A stretch of DNA of 64,000 nucleotides, from positions 512,001-576,000 of the forward strand of contig JBPOFY010000002.1 of NCBI GenBank assembly GCA_051252375.1, in the 5' to 3' direction. A program made the position numbers and the translations under genes. Under the pieces are notes generated by a model. That model was not told the DNA's origin and made no database searches. It saw only the letters and a list, made by a program, of their open reading frames with translations. The stretch comes from Opitutaceae bacterium (lineage in GTDB: Bacteria; Verrucomicrobiota; Verrucomicrobiia; Opitutales; Coraliomargaritaceae). This document shows positions 41,597 to 52,899 of the stretch, piece by piece (position 1 is the first letter of the stretch; each line of letters begins with the position of its first letter).

Positions 41597-42618
41597 GTTT
41601 CGTCTATCCATGGGTTTTACTGGGCATACCGCTAGTCCTTTGGCTACTGCGTCGTCGACGCGACCGCACATCGCTGGCAGTGCCTTCAATTCAACTTTGG
41701 TCGTCACAATCACCTGGGAAAGCTCGCTACTTATGGCTGCCCATCGCGCTGCGCCGCCTATCCATAATTTTACTACTCATCTCCATCGCACGCCCACAAG
41801 CAGGATCGACCTACAACATGGAAGTGACCGAGGGCATCGCGATTCAAATGCTCGTCGATGTATCCAGCAGCATGGATATGAATACGAAAAACATGGCTGG
41901 CAAAAATTCCAGTCGCATGGAAATCGCCAAACAACTAGTCGAGCAATTCATCGCCGGCAATGGAGCGGACCTCAAGGGGCGACCGAATGATTTAATCGGG
42001 CTAATCACTTTTGCCCGCTACGCCGACACCCGCAGCCCACTCACCTTTGGTCACGACGCGCTCCTCCAGATCGTGCGACAACTCGACATTCAAGAGCGCC
42101 CCAATGAAGACGGCACTGCTTATGGCGACGCGCTCGCGATTGCAGCCGCGCGATTGCGTGATCCGGCCGCGCTAAAATATGGCGGACAAGCTTTTGAAAC
42201 CGACGACATCAAGAGCCGCGTCATCATCCTACTCACGGATGGCGAAAACAACTCCGGCGCACACCTCCCCATTGAGTCTGCTGGACTAGCGAAGGAATGG
42301 GGCTGCCGCATCTATGCGATCAGTATGGGCGACACGAGTAGCAACCTCGACTCCGACAGCATACCAGGCAGCCTTAGCGCCGCAGAAAAAGTGCTGGAAC
42401 ATATCAGTATCGAAACCGGAGGAATCTTCCGACAAGCCAGCGATTTCGAATCACTACTATCCGTTTATTCAGAGATCGATCGCTTGGAACGCTCTGAAAT
42501 TTCCACCCGTAGCTTTGATCGTGTTGCCGAATGGTTTTGGTTACCCTTAGCGATCGCGTTCATCAGCTTACTGATCGCATTAACCCTTGAAGCAACTTGG
42601 TTGCGCGTCGTGCCATGA
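41593..42618 (+). CDS. batA: BatA-like VWA protein
   Basis: F.YPW..L N-terminus, [30 protein letters not shown]. Confidence 0.88.
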   Translation: MSFVYPWVLLGIPLVLWLLRRRRDRTSLAVPSIQLWSSQSPGKARYLWLPIALRRLSIILLLISIARPQAGSTYNMEVTEGIAIQMLVDVSSSMDMNTKNMAGKNSSRMEIAKQLVEQFIAGNGADLKGRPNDLIGLITFARYADTRSPLTFGHDALLQIVRQLDIQERPNEDGTAYGDALAIAAARLRDPAALKYGGQAFETDDIKSRVIILLTDGENNSGAHLPIESAGLAKEWGCRIYAISMGDTSSNLDSDSIPGSLSAAEKVLEHISIETGGIFRQASDFESLLSVYSEIDRLERSEISTRSFDRVAEWFWLPLAIAFISLLIALTLEATWLRVVP

Positions 42619-44666
42619 GTGAATTCGTTTTCCAATGGCCACTGGTGCTGGTCCTACTCGTGCTGACAATTCCTTTGTTTTGGCTGCTCGCACATGCCCG
42701 CAAACGTCGCCGAGAGCTGATCGAAGTCATGGGCGGCGGACACAGCACACATCGCAAACTGCGTGATGTTTTGCGCTTCGCAGCCTTCGTGCTATTAATT
42801 CTAGCACTCGCCAAGCCCGGCTACGCTCCCATCGCCGAAGCCACCTCGCGCACCGGGCGAGACATCGTCTTTGCGATTGATGTTTCACAAAGTATGTTGG
42901 CAAGAGATGCACTGCCCTCACGACTCGAAGTGGCGAAGCAAGGGGTGCGCGACGCGTTGCAGACACTTAGCAACGAACGTGTCGGCTTGATCGTCTATGC
43001 TGGCAGCGCCTCGATTCTATGCCCGCTGACTTACGACTACGACTTCGTCCGCTTCATGCTGGACCAAGCCAACACGCGCACAGTCGACTTCGGCGGCACC
43101 ACCGTGCAAGCCGCCGTTGAAAAAGCCGTCGATCAAGTCTTCCTAGAAGGCCGCAATGATGTGCAAGATCTGATCGTCCTCACTGATGGCGGCGACCACG
43201 GCTCAGTCATCACCAAAGCCATCGAGCTTCTAGAAGACAAAGGAGTCGACACACTGCTACTTGGATTAGGTGATCCAAATGTGGGCAGCACGATCCCGAT
43301 CGCTGACGAAGAAGGTAACCCTAGCTTGCTCCAAGTTAATGGCGAAACAGTCACCACTCAACTGGACGACGTCGCCTTACGAGAATTCGCCGCCCGCAGC
43401 AATCGGATCGAATACCTCGCGTTGGGCACCAAGCCTTTCAATCTTGGGCAGATTTATATCGACTACGCCGAAGGTCGACAAGTCGATGCCGCCATGAACG
43501 AAACCGGCATACTCGTTTATAAAGAAGCCGCCATTTATTTCCTCATACCTGCATTGTTCCTATTGCTGCTTTCAGAGTGCTGGGGCGCACGAGGTCTGCA
43601 AATCGGTCAAGCGGTTGCACTGCTCTGCCTATTCGCGCTCTCTCCTGATGCAGAGGCGACCGGCGACTCGTTTGCAATCAATTTCAAAACCGCCACCGAA
43701 GCACTCCAAGCAGGCAATTTCGAGGAAGCGACCACGCAATTCTCGGCCTTATCCCAAGAAGCCGCAGAACGGACCGCCACGCCTGCCCAACTGGCTACCG
43801 TGCATTTCAACGAGGGGCTCGCATTGATCGGGCAATCCAAAGCGCAGTCAAGCCCACAGGAAGCCCTAAGCTTTGCGCAAAATGCCACGCTCGCCTTCCT
43901 CGCAGCCAAGCGCGGCGATCCAAATATTTCACGTGCAAGTGTTCGCCTCGAACTCACTGCTGCATTCGTATCCGAATTACAGATACAAATTGAAGCCATC
44001 GAAGCGCAAAACGACGCAATCAATGATCAAATGACGATCCTGATCGAACGACTGCAAGCACTACTAAAAGCGCAGGACGAACTTCACGCAGAAATATCCA
44101 AACCTGAGTCAGCGAACAACGCCGCCACCCTTAGTTCGCAATTTGTCAGCACGCAAAATAAGTTACGTCGTGAAGCCGTCGATATTCAAAAACTGATGCA
44201 GTCAATTCATCAGATGATGAGCTCGCCAGCCGACCTAAACCCAAATCAAGAGACCGCACTCACAGAGCCACTGAATTTAATTGTCCGCGTCCAACAATCC
44301 CAAGAGATCGCCACCACAAATCTGATAAAATTGGAGACATGGGAACTGGCACAATCGATGCAAGTCGAAGCCTCGAAATTGATCCAAGCCATACTCGATC
44401 TACTCGCCAACGACTCTCAAGATTCCTCCGACAGCGAAGACTGGGATGAGATGGAAGAAGACTATGAATACATGGAAGATTCGGAAGAAAGCACCAACAC
44501 CTCCGAGCCAATGCAGGGCGATTTTGCCGCCAACGGTGAGATGCAGGAATTGCCGTTACCGAACTATTCTGCCGATGACATTTTACTGGAAGAGCAAGGC
44601 AACTTGCAGTTCCGCCAACAAAAACGAGCCAGCGCCAATGCCGCTAAAGTGGAGAAGGATTTTTAA
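42615..44666 (+). CDS. batB: BatB-like VWA protein fused to a TPR/helical (BatC-like) region
   Basis: DVSQSM MIDAS, SRLE.AK, CPLTYD, LTDGGD; acidic tail ending EKDF; ATGA overlap with batA. Confidence 0.82.
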   Translation: MSEFVFQWPLVLVLLVLTIPLFWLLAHARKRRRELIEVMGGGHSTHRKLRDVLRFAAFVLLILALAKPGYAPIAEATSRTGRDIVFAIDVSQSMLARDALPSRLEVAKQGVRDALQTLSNERVGLIVYAGSASILCPLTYDYDFVRFMLDQANTRTVDFGGTTVQAAVEKAVDQVFLEGRNDVQDLIVLTDGGDHGSVITKAIELLEDKGVDTLLLGLGDPNVGSTIPIADEEGNPSLLQVNGETVTTQLDDVALREFAARSNRIEYLALGTKPFNLGQIYIDYAEGRQVDAAMNETGILVYKEAAIYFLIPALFLLLLSECWGARGLQIGQAVALLCLFALSPDAEATGDSFAINFKTATEALQAGNFEEATTQFSALSQEAAERTATPAQLATVHFNEGLALIGQSKAQSSPQEALSFAQNATLAFLAAKRGDPNISRASVRLELTAAFVSELQIQIEAIEAQNDAINDQMTILIERLQALLKAQDELHAEISKPESANNAATLSSQFVSTQNKLRREAVDIQKLMQSIHQMMSSPADLNPNQETALTEPLNLIVRVQQSQEIATTNLIKLETWELAQSMQVEASKLIQAILDLLANDSQDSSDSEDWDEMEEDYEYMEDSEESTNTSEPMQGDFAANGEMQELPLPNYSADDILLEEQGNLQFRQQKRASANAAKVEKDF

Positions 44667-47203
44667 TGCGCCGTTTCTTCACCACACTTCTTTGCCTGAG
44701 CTGGCCGCTTTTCCTTTTCGCACAGGAAGAAGCGGTCACCGTGCCACTGCCACTCTCCACGCTTGAGTTAAAAGTCCAAGGGCAGACATGGTTCACAGAC
44801 ACCGTGGGTGTCGCCTACGCGACTTTTGATACTGTGGTCGAAACACCCATGGAATGGCCCAGTGACCCCAAAACATATTATATTCTCGATATCGAAGTGG
44901 AGGACATGTCGGACGACGCCAAAGTGCAATCGATAGCCGTGATCCGCTTCTTGCCGCGCAAGACAGGTGCTGTCACCTTGCCCGCATTCACCTTCGCCAG
45001 CGAAACTAAGCGCTACCAAACCACACCCCATACAATCAATGTCAGCCAACCGCGTCGCTCCGATGCCATGTCGCTCAGCCTAGCTCCAAGAAAGCAAACC
45101 ATCTATGTAGGCGAACCACTTCGCATCGATTTTGCCTGGGAATGCCAACTTCCCGCGAACAGCATAAAGGCACTCAAACTCTATCCGGACTTTTTCAACG
45201 ACCCCAGCATCGAAATCGTCATCCCGCGTAACACGAGCGATGAAGATACACAGCTCGGCCTGCCGATCGGTGGCCGCCGCGTCATTGGCAACCGCACCAT
45301 TCCAACCGATCACCCCAAGTTTCTCGGCAAAGTTGAACTGCCTCTGTATTTACGTTTTTCGACTCCCGGCACTTATTCCCTACCGGAAACACGCTTGGAG
45401 TGCGCGCAAATCGAAAAGTCCTCGGGGAATTTCGCCAACTATGCCGCCCACTTCAATAACGCCCTATTTGAAGCAACCGACCCCGACATACGCCACGAGC
45501 GCCTCTACACCACCGCACCGGAGTTACAAATAGAAGTTCTACCGCTGCCTCAAAATACCACAGGCAACACCTTTTCCGGACTATACGCCCCGGTGGACAT
45601 TCAATTATCAATCAGCCCAACCGAAATCGATATTGGGCAACTGATGGAACTGGAGATCAAACTCAGCGGCAACAACCCCCATGGGATGCTCGACCTACCA
45701 AAGTTGAGCTATCAAGGAGGACTTCGCACACGCTTTCTAGTCGATGACGATTACGGCCGTCTCTGGCACGAAGCTGGCACAATATTCCGCACCCGCTTAC
45801 GTGCGCTAACCACCTCGATCTCGGCTTTCCCTTCGCTCAAAATTCTAGTTTTCAACACCGAAACAGGTAGCTACGAAACCCACACAACCGCCCCCATCCC
45901 TCTCAAAGTTTCGCCGAGAGATGGACAAAACTTTATCCCGCTGAAATCTTTTAAAGATGCGGCTATCACCTTAACGAACCAGCCAGAAGGTATCTGGCAC
46001 AATCTGAAAGCGAATCGTATGAATGATCTCCTAAACACTCTGTTCAATTTCCTGAACAACGCCTTTTGGGCACTCCTGCTAGTCGGTCCCATTGCTTTCG
46101 CCCTACTCCTGCCAATCATCCGCGAGCAACGCCGACGCGCCAACGACCCACTCTACCGATCACGCGCGCAAGCATACGCCGTATTCAAAAAGACACCTGC
46201 CAACACCAAGGAAAAATGGCCCGCCTTCCTGACCCTCATGGCCGCGTATTTTGAAACTGACGCCCAAGCATGGACGCTACGCAACTCTCTCGACGCACTC
46301 AAAAGCATCGACGCCAGCCCTGAAGAAATCGAAGACGTCACCCGCATGCACCAAGGCGCTGATGCCCGTGACTTCAGCCAAACACACCCAGAAACAACTT
46401 TCTCAAACCTAGATTCGATCGCCAAACGTGTCCTCAAGAAGATCAGTATCTTCGCCCTCTCATGCTTCCTGCTCAGCCAATTGATAACGCCTCAAGCAGA
46501 GGCTGCCGACTGGTGGGGCGACCCGGAAGCACTCTTCAATCAAGCACAGAGTGCCCCTGCCGGCAGCGACAAGGCCAATGCACTTTACTCTGAGGCCGCG
46601 CTCAAATTCCAATCCAAAGCCGCCATCGCGGCACACCCCGACGCGGCATGGCACAACGCTGGCAATGCTTGGTTTCAAGCGGGATCCATCGGTCGCGCCA
46701 TCCTCGCCTACCGAATGGCCAAAACTTACCGCCCCTTCGACCCTAAGCTTGATGAAAACCTCGCCACCGCCCGCGCCATGGCACTCAACGATCTGCCGCC
46801 AGCCAAAACAACATGGCGACAAATCCCTCTGCGTTGGATCCAACCGGTGCTCGCCATCTTCAACCTCTGCTTCTGGACCAGTCTCTTGCTCACCCTGCGT
46901 TATCGAAAACGTAGTGTTGCTGGGCTCTCCATTGCAATGGGTGCCTGCCTTCTAGTCACGGCCAGCCTCTTCATCATACGGATCCGCTCAAGCGAGCCTC
47001 AGGGTGTCGTGATTGTTGACTCCCTCGACGCCCTCAAAGGTCCGGGTCACGGCTATGCCAAAGCCTTCAGCCAAGCAATCCACGACGGTGTGGAATTCAC
47101 ACTCATTGAAACCCGCGGCGATTGGGGACTGGTGGAACTCACCGATGGTCGTCAATGTTGGGTCCTACTCAGCCAAACCGCGCTGCTGCCGAAAACAATG
47201 TAG
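44666..47203 (+). CDS. BatD-like protein fused to a BatE-like TPR+SH3 region
   Basis: IYVGEP Ig-like repeats, TM, NAGNAWFQAG.IGRAIL.Y TPR, KGPG...HDG.E....RGDW..V SH3-like end. Confidence 0.78.
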   Translation: MRRFFTTLLCLSWPLFLFAQEEAVTVPLPLSTLELKVQGQTWFTDTVGVAYATFDTVVETPMEWPSDPKTYYILDIEVEDMSDDAKVQSIAVIRFLPRKTGAVTLPAFTFASETKRYQTTPHTINVSQPRRSDAMSLSLAPRKQTIYVGEPLRIDFAWECQLPANSIKALKLYPDFFNDPSIEIVIPRNTSDEDTQLGLPIGGRRVIGNRTIPTDHPKFLGKVELPLYLRFSTPGTYSLPETRLECAQIEKSSGNFANYAAHFNNALFEATDPDIRHERLYTTAPELQIEVLPLPQNTTGNTFSGLYAPVDIQLSISPTEIDIGQLMELEIKLSGNNPHGMLDLPKLSYQGGLRTRFLVDDDYGRLWHEAGTIFRTRLRALTTSISAFPSLKILVFNTETGSYETHTTAPIPLKVSPRDGQNFIPLKSFKDAAITLTNQPEGIWHNLKANRMNDLLNTLFNFLNNAFWALLLVGPIAFALLLPIIREQRRRANDPLYRSRAQAYAVFKKTPANTKEKWPAFLTLMAAYFETDAQAWTLRNSLDALKSIDASPEEIEDVTRMHQGADARDFSQTHPETTFSNLDSIAKRVLKKISIFALSCFLLSQLITPQAEAADWWGDPEALFNQAQSAPAGSDKANALYSEAALKFQSKAAIAAHPDAAWHNAGNAWFQAGSIGRAILAYRMAKTYRPFDPKLDENLATARAMALNDLPPAKTTWRQIPLRWIQPVLAIFNLCFWTSLLLTLRYRKRSVAGLSIAMGACLLVTASLFIIRIRSSEPQGVVIVDSLDALKGPGHGYAKAFSQAIHDGVEFTLIETRGDWGLVELTDGRQCWVLLSQTALLPKTM

Positions 47204-47243
47204 CCGTCTCACTGAGAGACCAATTCTCTGCAAGGGGTGAACT

Positions 47244-47317
47244 GGTAGGGACGCCTGCCCCTAGGCGTCCGCGATTCCCCCGACTGCCACGGACGCCTGA
47301 GGGCAGGCATCCCTACC
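47244..47317. repeat. REP doublet family C
   Basis: GGTAGGGACGCCTGCCCCTAGGCGTCC ... GGACGCCTGAGGGCAGGCATCCCTACC followed by TTTGGCGTCAG. Confidence 0.88.
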
Positions 47318-47350
47318 TTTGGCGTCAGCATTTAGTCGGATGGTGACCAC

Positions 47351-47385
47351 AAAAAAGCCCCGCAACGAATTGCGGGGCTTTAAAA
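47351..47385 (-). terminator. Intrinsic terminator downstream of tRNA-Gln
   Basis: AAAGCCCCGCAA CGAA TTGCGGGGCTTT hairpin with a T6 tail on the minus strand. Confidence 0.85.
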
Positions 47386-47387
47386 GA

Positions 47388-47461
47388 TGGTAGGCCCACA
47401 GGGATTTGAACCCCGAATGACTGCACCAAAAACAGTAGTGTTACCATTACACCATGGGCCT
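47388..47461 (-). tRNA. tRNA-Gln (anticodon TTG)
   Basis: AGGCCCA TGGTGTAATGGTAACACT ACTGT TTTTGGT GCAGT ... GGGGTTCAAATCCC TGTGGGCCT A CCA; cloverleaf with encoded CCA. Confidence 0.95.
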
Positions 47462-47541
47462 TCAGAAGTTGGGTAGAGTAGAATTCATCGCCTACTCGTC
47501 AAGCCCACAGTAAAGATTATTTTGAGTGTGCAATCGATGAG

Positions 47542-47570
47542 TTGACGTCTGCGGATTTCTGGCGTTTAAA
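47542..47570 (+). promoter_or_regulatory. Putative sigma70 promoter of pyrH-frr
   Basis: TTGACG-N17-TTTAAA, 9 nt upstream of the ATG. Confidence 0.4.
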
Positions 47571-47579
47571 AGGCTTTTA

Positions 47580-48317
<738 letters not shown>

Positions 48318-48373
48318 ACAGAGACATTTACTGCTCTTCATTTCTCAATTTTCAATCTCAGATTTTTAATACA

Positions 48374-48931
48374 ATGGAACCTAAAGAAATCCTCAAATCA
48401 ATGAACACCGACATGAAAAAGTCGGTCGATCACACCCTCCACGAATTCAGCAGCTTGCACACCGGCAAAGCTTCGCCCGCCATGCTCGACGGCATCCGCG
48501 TGCAAGCCTACGGCAGCACAGTTACTATGAAAGAAGTGGCAGCGGTCACTACACCCGACGCCAAGACCATCATGGTCCAGCCATGGGATAAGAGTGTCAT
48601 TCGTGACATCGAAAAAGCCATTCAAGAAGCCAACATTGGCCTCAACCCACTCGTCGATGGCGGCATTCTTCGGGTGCCTGTCCCTGAATTGACTGGTCAA
48701 CGCCGCCAAGAGCTCGCCAAAACAGCAGGCTCCATGGCCGAAGAGGGCCGTGTCCGTATCCGCCAAAACCGCCGCGATGCACTCGACCTCTTGAAAGCTG
48801 CGAAAGACGACGGACTTCCTGAAGATGATTTCAAGCGTCACGAAAAAGACGTGCAGAAGGCACACGATGATTTCATCGCCGAAGTCAATCAACACCTCAC
48901 TCATAAAGAAGCTGAGTTGAAGAAGGTATAA
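48374..48931 (+). CDS. frr: Ribosome recycling factor
   Basis: TGKASP..LD...AYG, QPWDK, IGLNP, RRQEL, KEAEL. Confidence 0.96.
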   Translation: MEPKEILKSMNTDMKKSVDHTLHEFSSLHTGKASPAMLDGIRVQAYGSTVTMKEVAAVTTPDAKTIMVQPWDKSVIRDIEKAIQEANIGLNPLVDGGILRVPVPELTGQRRQELAKTAGSMAEEGRVRIRQNRRDALDLLKAAKDDGLPEDDFKRHEKDVQKAHDDFIAEVNQHLTHKEAELKKV

Positions 48932-48938
48932 CTTTGAA

Positions 48939-49038
48939 GAAGGCAGGAGACAGAATTCAGTAGTCAGAAGCAAAATAATGACTGCGCCATCTCTGGCACG
49001 CTTCCGCAGTAATTCTAAATTCCAAATTCTTAATTTGA
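48939..49038. repeat. Two degenerate heptamer tandem arrays
   Basis: GAAGGCA GGAGACA GAATTCA GTAGTCA GAAGCAA, then AATTCTA AATTCCA AATTCTT AATTTGA. Confidence 0.6.
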
Positions 49039-50150
49039 AAAAGTTGATCCCTCTCTCACAGTCTAAGCGCATCGTTATCAAGCTAGGCACCGGTGTGCTG
49101 ACTTCCGGTATCGGCGACCTCAACATCGCTCGCATCGAAACCCTTTGCGCACAGGTCAACACCCTGCGCAAACGCGGCATCGAAGTCATCATTGTCAGCT
49201 CCGGTGCAGTCGGCCTAGGCATGGGCAAGCTACGGCTCACTCAGCGCCCCAAGGAACTCGCTACTCTGCAGGCCTGCGCAGCTGTCGGGCAAGGTATTCT
49301 AATCAACACTTGGCAGCAGTGCTTCGACGCGCACGGTCTGACGGTCGCCCAGATCTTACTTACACGCGAAGACCTACGCGCCCGCCATCGCCATAACGCG
49401 GTCTTCAACACAGTCAAGCGCCTCCTCGCCCACGGCGCCGTCCCCATCGTCAACGAAAACGACACCGTCAGCGCCGCCGAAATTAAGTTTGGCGATAACG
49501 ACACCCTCTCCGCGCTCGTCGCCAGCGTCGCTCAAGCCGACATGCTTTTCATCCTGTCCAATATCCCCGGACTGATTGACATGGAAGGCAGCGGCGAAGT
49601 CGTGCCACTCGTCGAAACGATTTGTCCAATAATCACAGACATGGCACAGGACACCAAACACACCACCTCAGTCGGCGGGATGATCAGTAAGCTCTCTGCT
49701 GCAAAGATTGCACAACGCGCCGGTTGCGGTGTGATCATTGGCAGCGGACAAGACGACGAACTCTTTAATAAAATTTTGGACGGACAAAGTGTCGGCACCT
49801 ATTTCGAGCCTAGCCCGATACCGGTAAAATCACACAAGCGCTGGATCGCGATTCAAGACGAAGCCCACGGCTCGGTCACCATCGATAGTGGAGCCAAGGA
49901 AGCGATCCTCAATGGCGGCAAGAGCCTACTCGCCGCGGGTATCACCTCTTGCGAAGGCGACTTTGAAGAAGGTGACGTCATTCAAATTCGCACGGATGAT
50001 GGAACCGCTATTGCTCACGGCATCATCGGAGTCAATGGCACCGAGCTCAACAGCATCATCGGTCTTAGCCTAGACGAGATTAAAGAAACACTCCCACGGC
50101 TACACTCATCAGTGATCATCCACCGCGACAACCTCGTGCTGTTGGATTAA
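49035..50150 (+). CDS. proB: Glutamate 5-kinase with PUA domain
   Basis: RIVIKLGT, VSSGAV, AAVGQ, PIVNEND, FGDNDTLSA, GGM.SKL; start uncertain (TTG 49035). Confidence 0.95.
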   Translation: MKKLIPLSQSKRIVIKLGTGVLTSGIGDLNIARIETLCAQVNTLRKRGIEVIIVSSGAVGLGMGKLRLTQRPKELATLQACAAVGQGILINTWQQCFDAHGLTVAQILLTREDLRARHRHNAVFNTVKRLLAHGAVPIVNENDTVSAAEIKFGDNDTLSALVASVAQADMLFILSNIPGLIDMEGSGEVVPLVETICPIITDMAQDTKHTTSVGGMISKLSAAKIAQRAGCGVIIGSGQDDELFNKILDGQSVGTYFEPSPIPVKSHKRWIAIQDEAHGSVTIDSGAKEAILNGGKSLLAAGITSCEGDFEEGDVIQIRTDDGTAIAHGIIGVNGTELNSIIGLSLDEIKETLPRLHSSVIIHRDNLVLLD

Positions 50151-50195
50151 GGAGTTCCAACTGATGTGACTAATGCGCATCAACCGTAAAACGTC

Positions 50196-51326
50196 TTACT
50201 TTAGGAACTGGCGTACATCTGGGTGAACTTTGAACAGGAAGTTACGGTCTTGATCGCTAAAAGGACGAGTTGTGAAAATTTTCATACCCGGTTCTCCGTC
50301 TTTCTCGATGAGTAAATAACCACCGAACCAGCCACCTGGCACCTCTGCGACCACGATGTCCACTTCGGTCATGACGCCCGCCCGAAGGTTAAACCAGTCT
50401 CCGGTAATACCGGCTGGCTTAAAGCCAAAGTAACTGCGTGGATTCTTTTCATCTTCCTTGGCTGCCGAAGAGCCCTGACTCCAACCGGAATAGAAATCTG
50501 TCCGCCATGACGCATCCAACACAATTTTCCCATTAATGCTGACAACGAGAACGTCATCACCACGACCGAATAGTCTAAAGCGACCATCCTCTGTCGGCTT
50601 GTATGTGCCGGTATAAGATGCACAAATCATCTTTGGCTCAATAACACCCTCCGCTTGGAACGCCTTGGGAGCATTACCCGCAGACTGGTTATTGATCACA
50701 AAATAAGAAGCATACAAAGTCGTATCGGCTCTGAAAAACTTACGGCTCAACTTGTTCAAATCAAAGTTCCGCGTGAAGTCTTTAAAAATAGGAGATGCCG
50801 CCTCCTCCAATTTATCAGAATATTTGATTGGTTTTTTATTACGATCTGTCTTCAGGTCATACAGTGTTCCCGTGAGAGTCCCTTCAAGTGCTTGGTCGTA
50901 ACCGAAACTTGTCAATCGAACTGCATCAATAGCACCACCGCCGATTTCACCAAGCCCGCCACCAAAACCGCGACCGCCACCGATAGTCAATTGCGACTGA
51001 TCGATTTGAATCGCAGGCACAGTCATATTCTGTGGATTCTGCACCACCAATGGCTGTGGCCGTGGCATACTTTTTGCCGACCGCTTATTCGTAGGTGGAG
51101 GGGGAGGTGGAGGTGGAGGCGTATCAATTACCTCTAATGCAGGCGCTTCAAACTCAGGCTTCGCGGCAATCTTCTCCGTAATCTTAATAATCGCCAACAC
51201 GCCACCAGCTAGCAAATGAACTGCGAGGCTCACTGCGACCACGATGAAGATAGCACTGCGTTTCCGCTTCTTAATTTTGGCTCCGCCAGGGGAACTTGGA
51301 TCTATCCATTCATTGGGATTTGTCAT
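50196..51326 (-). CDS. TonB-like anchored protein: SxxxH TM, Pro-rich linker, possible PA14-like domain
   Basis: VAVSLAVHLL TM, PPPPPPPP linker, Gly-rich segment, Y.GTY...GRFRLFG.GDD.L.V.ING. Confidence 0.7.
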   Translation of the reverse strand: MTNPNEWIDPSSPGGAKIKKRKRSAIFIVVAVSLAVHLLAGGVLAIIKITEKIAAKPEFEAPALEVIDTPPPPPPPPPTNKRSAKSMPRPQPLVVQNPQNMTVPAIQIDQSQLTIGGGRGFGGGLGEIGGGAIDAVRLTSFGYDQALEGTLTGTLYDLKTDRNKKPIKYSDKLEEAASPIFKDFTRNFDLNKLSRKFFRADTTLYASYFVINNQSAGNAPKAFQAEGVIEPKMICASYTGTYKPTEDGRFRLFGRGDDVLVVSINGKIVLDASWRTDFYSGWSQGSSAAKEDEKNPRSYFGFKPAGITGDWFNLRAGVMTEVDIVVAEVPGGWFGGYLLIEKDGEPGMKIFTTRPFSDQDRNFLFKVHPDVRQFLK

Positions 51327-51453
51327 CGTAAATTGGGCTGTGGTGTAGAACTGGGGAACGTAATGCCTATATCAAAGCGACCTGTATTCAATCATTTTAC
51401 CATATTACACTGGAAACGCTATTTCATAGCCACGTGCTGAAAACACACTGAGA

Positions 51454-52260
51454 TCACTTCTTCGGACGCATCGCCAAGCTGACGACCTCTTTGTCGAAAT
51501 AGTTACGGTCCATCCCCGCGTTCACAACGATACCTTGACCATTGATCCCACTCGATGCTGGACTGAGCAAAAAGACCGCGGTGTTGGCAACTTCCTGTGT
51601 CGTCAGGTTTTGTTTACGAAAGGTTAGCTTCTCGGCGTAAAGATAGCTCTCCAGATACCCTGGAATACCAGCAGAGGCACTGGTCTTGAGTGGCCCCGCA
51701 TTGACAGTATTGAAACGCACACGGGTATCTGCACCGAAGGACTTCGCCAGATTGTAAGATGATGTCTCAAGAGCAGCTTTGATAGGTGCCATGTAGCCGT
51801 AATTCTCAGCGGTCACGTCGGTCGACGAAATACCAATCGAAACGACGGATGCCTCGTTTTTAAGATGCGGCTTGAAGGCACTCGCCACTTCAACCAACGA
51901 GAACGCGGAGATCGCGGTCGCTTGGAGGAAGTCTTTACGCACTGTGTCGTGAAAAGGCTTAAAGCCCTCAGAGTAGTTAGCGAACGCGATAGAATGAACG
52001 ATGCCATCGATCTGCCCGTAGTCCGCCGCGACCTGCTCGGCCAATGCCTTGGTCTGTTCGGGAAACTCCACATCGCAGATGTAGGCCTTACGGTCGCCAA
52101 GCAGCTTTTGCAGACTCTCTAATCGAGCCTCCGAACGCACGCTATGGATCACTTCCGCGCCCTCTTCTTCGAGCGACTTGGTGATCGCCCACGCCACGCT
52201 CTTGCGATTCGCCACCCCCATCACGAGGAAGCGCTTACCTGTTAATTGTAGAAAACTCAC
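51454..52260 (-). CDS. fabI: Enoyl-ACP reductase (FabI-like SDR)
   Basis: GVANRKSVAW, VHSIAFA, YGYM...KAALE, AGPLKT. Confidence 0.88.
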   Translation of the reverse strand: MSFLQLTGKRFLVMGVANRKSVAWAITKSLEEEGAEVIHSVRSEARLESLQKLLGDRKAYICDVEFPEQTKALAEQVAADYGQIDGIVHSIAFANYSEGFKPFHDTVRKDFLQATAISAFSLVEVASAFKPHLKNEASVVSIGISSTDVTAENYGYMAPIKAALETSSYNLAKSFGADTRVRFNTVNAGPLKTSASAGIPGYLESYLYAEKLTFRKQNLTTQEVANTAVFLLSPASSGINGQGIVVNAGMDRNYFDKEVVSLAMRPKK

Positions 52261-52701
52261 TTACTTGTCCTCTCCTTCGACCATCGCCAAGGCGAACTCA
52301 ATTGTCATGGCTGGCTTACCACCTTTGATGACTTTACCCTTCATGAAGTAAAAACGGCTGACCGTCTCTTTCATCGTCACCTCAATGGTGATTTCGTCGC
52401 CGGGCTTCACCATTTGCTTGAAACGCGCATCGGAGATACGGGACAACACCGGAGTGACATCGTTGAGCGAGCGACCGTCTTTCTCGATTTGTTTAGCGAG
52501 ATAGATGGCACCGGTTTGAAAACATGCCTCGCACAGCAAGACGCCCGGCATAATCGGGTTACCCGGATAGTGACCTTCAAACTGAGGCTCTTCCATACGG
52601 ATCGTGCGTTTACAAGTAGCGCCGTCTTCGCGAACTTCGACGATCTCATCGATAAATAGAAACGGAGGGCGGTGTGGGATAGTGCGTAAAATTTCGTCCA
52701 T
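52261..52701 (-). CDS. fabZ: 3-hydroxyacyl-ACP dehydratase (FabZ family)
   Basis: IPHRPPFLFID, FEGHYPGNPIMPGVL..EA, VKPGD. Confidence 0.85.
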   Translation of the reverse strand: MDEILRTIPHRPPFLFIDEIVEVREDGATCKRTIRMEEPQFEGHYPGNPIMPGVLLCEACFQTGAIYLAKQIEKDGRSLNDVTPVLSRISDARFKQMVKPGDEITIEVTMKETVSRFYFMKGKVIKGGKPAMTIEFALAMVEGEDK

Positions 52702-52819
52702 GAGCTCCAGTGAATGCCAAAACCCGCGAAATGCACGCACGAAAATGCAACTCACATGAGACCACAAACGGGTTACCGACCACGCTGAATTGAAAGGTAG
52801 CGGCGATTGCAGTGACTTT

Positions 52820-52899
52820 GGTAGCGGCGCTTGTCCCTAAGCGCCATCAAGATACGGCCTGACTCTGACGTATGGCGGTCAGGGACGACCGCCGCTACC
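52820..52899. repeat. REPIN family A, copy 3 (overlaps the 3' end of ruvX)
   Basis: Arm variant 1 + forward spacer GATACGGCCTGACTCTGACG + arm variant 2. Confidence 0.9.
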
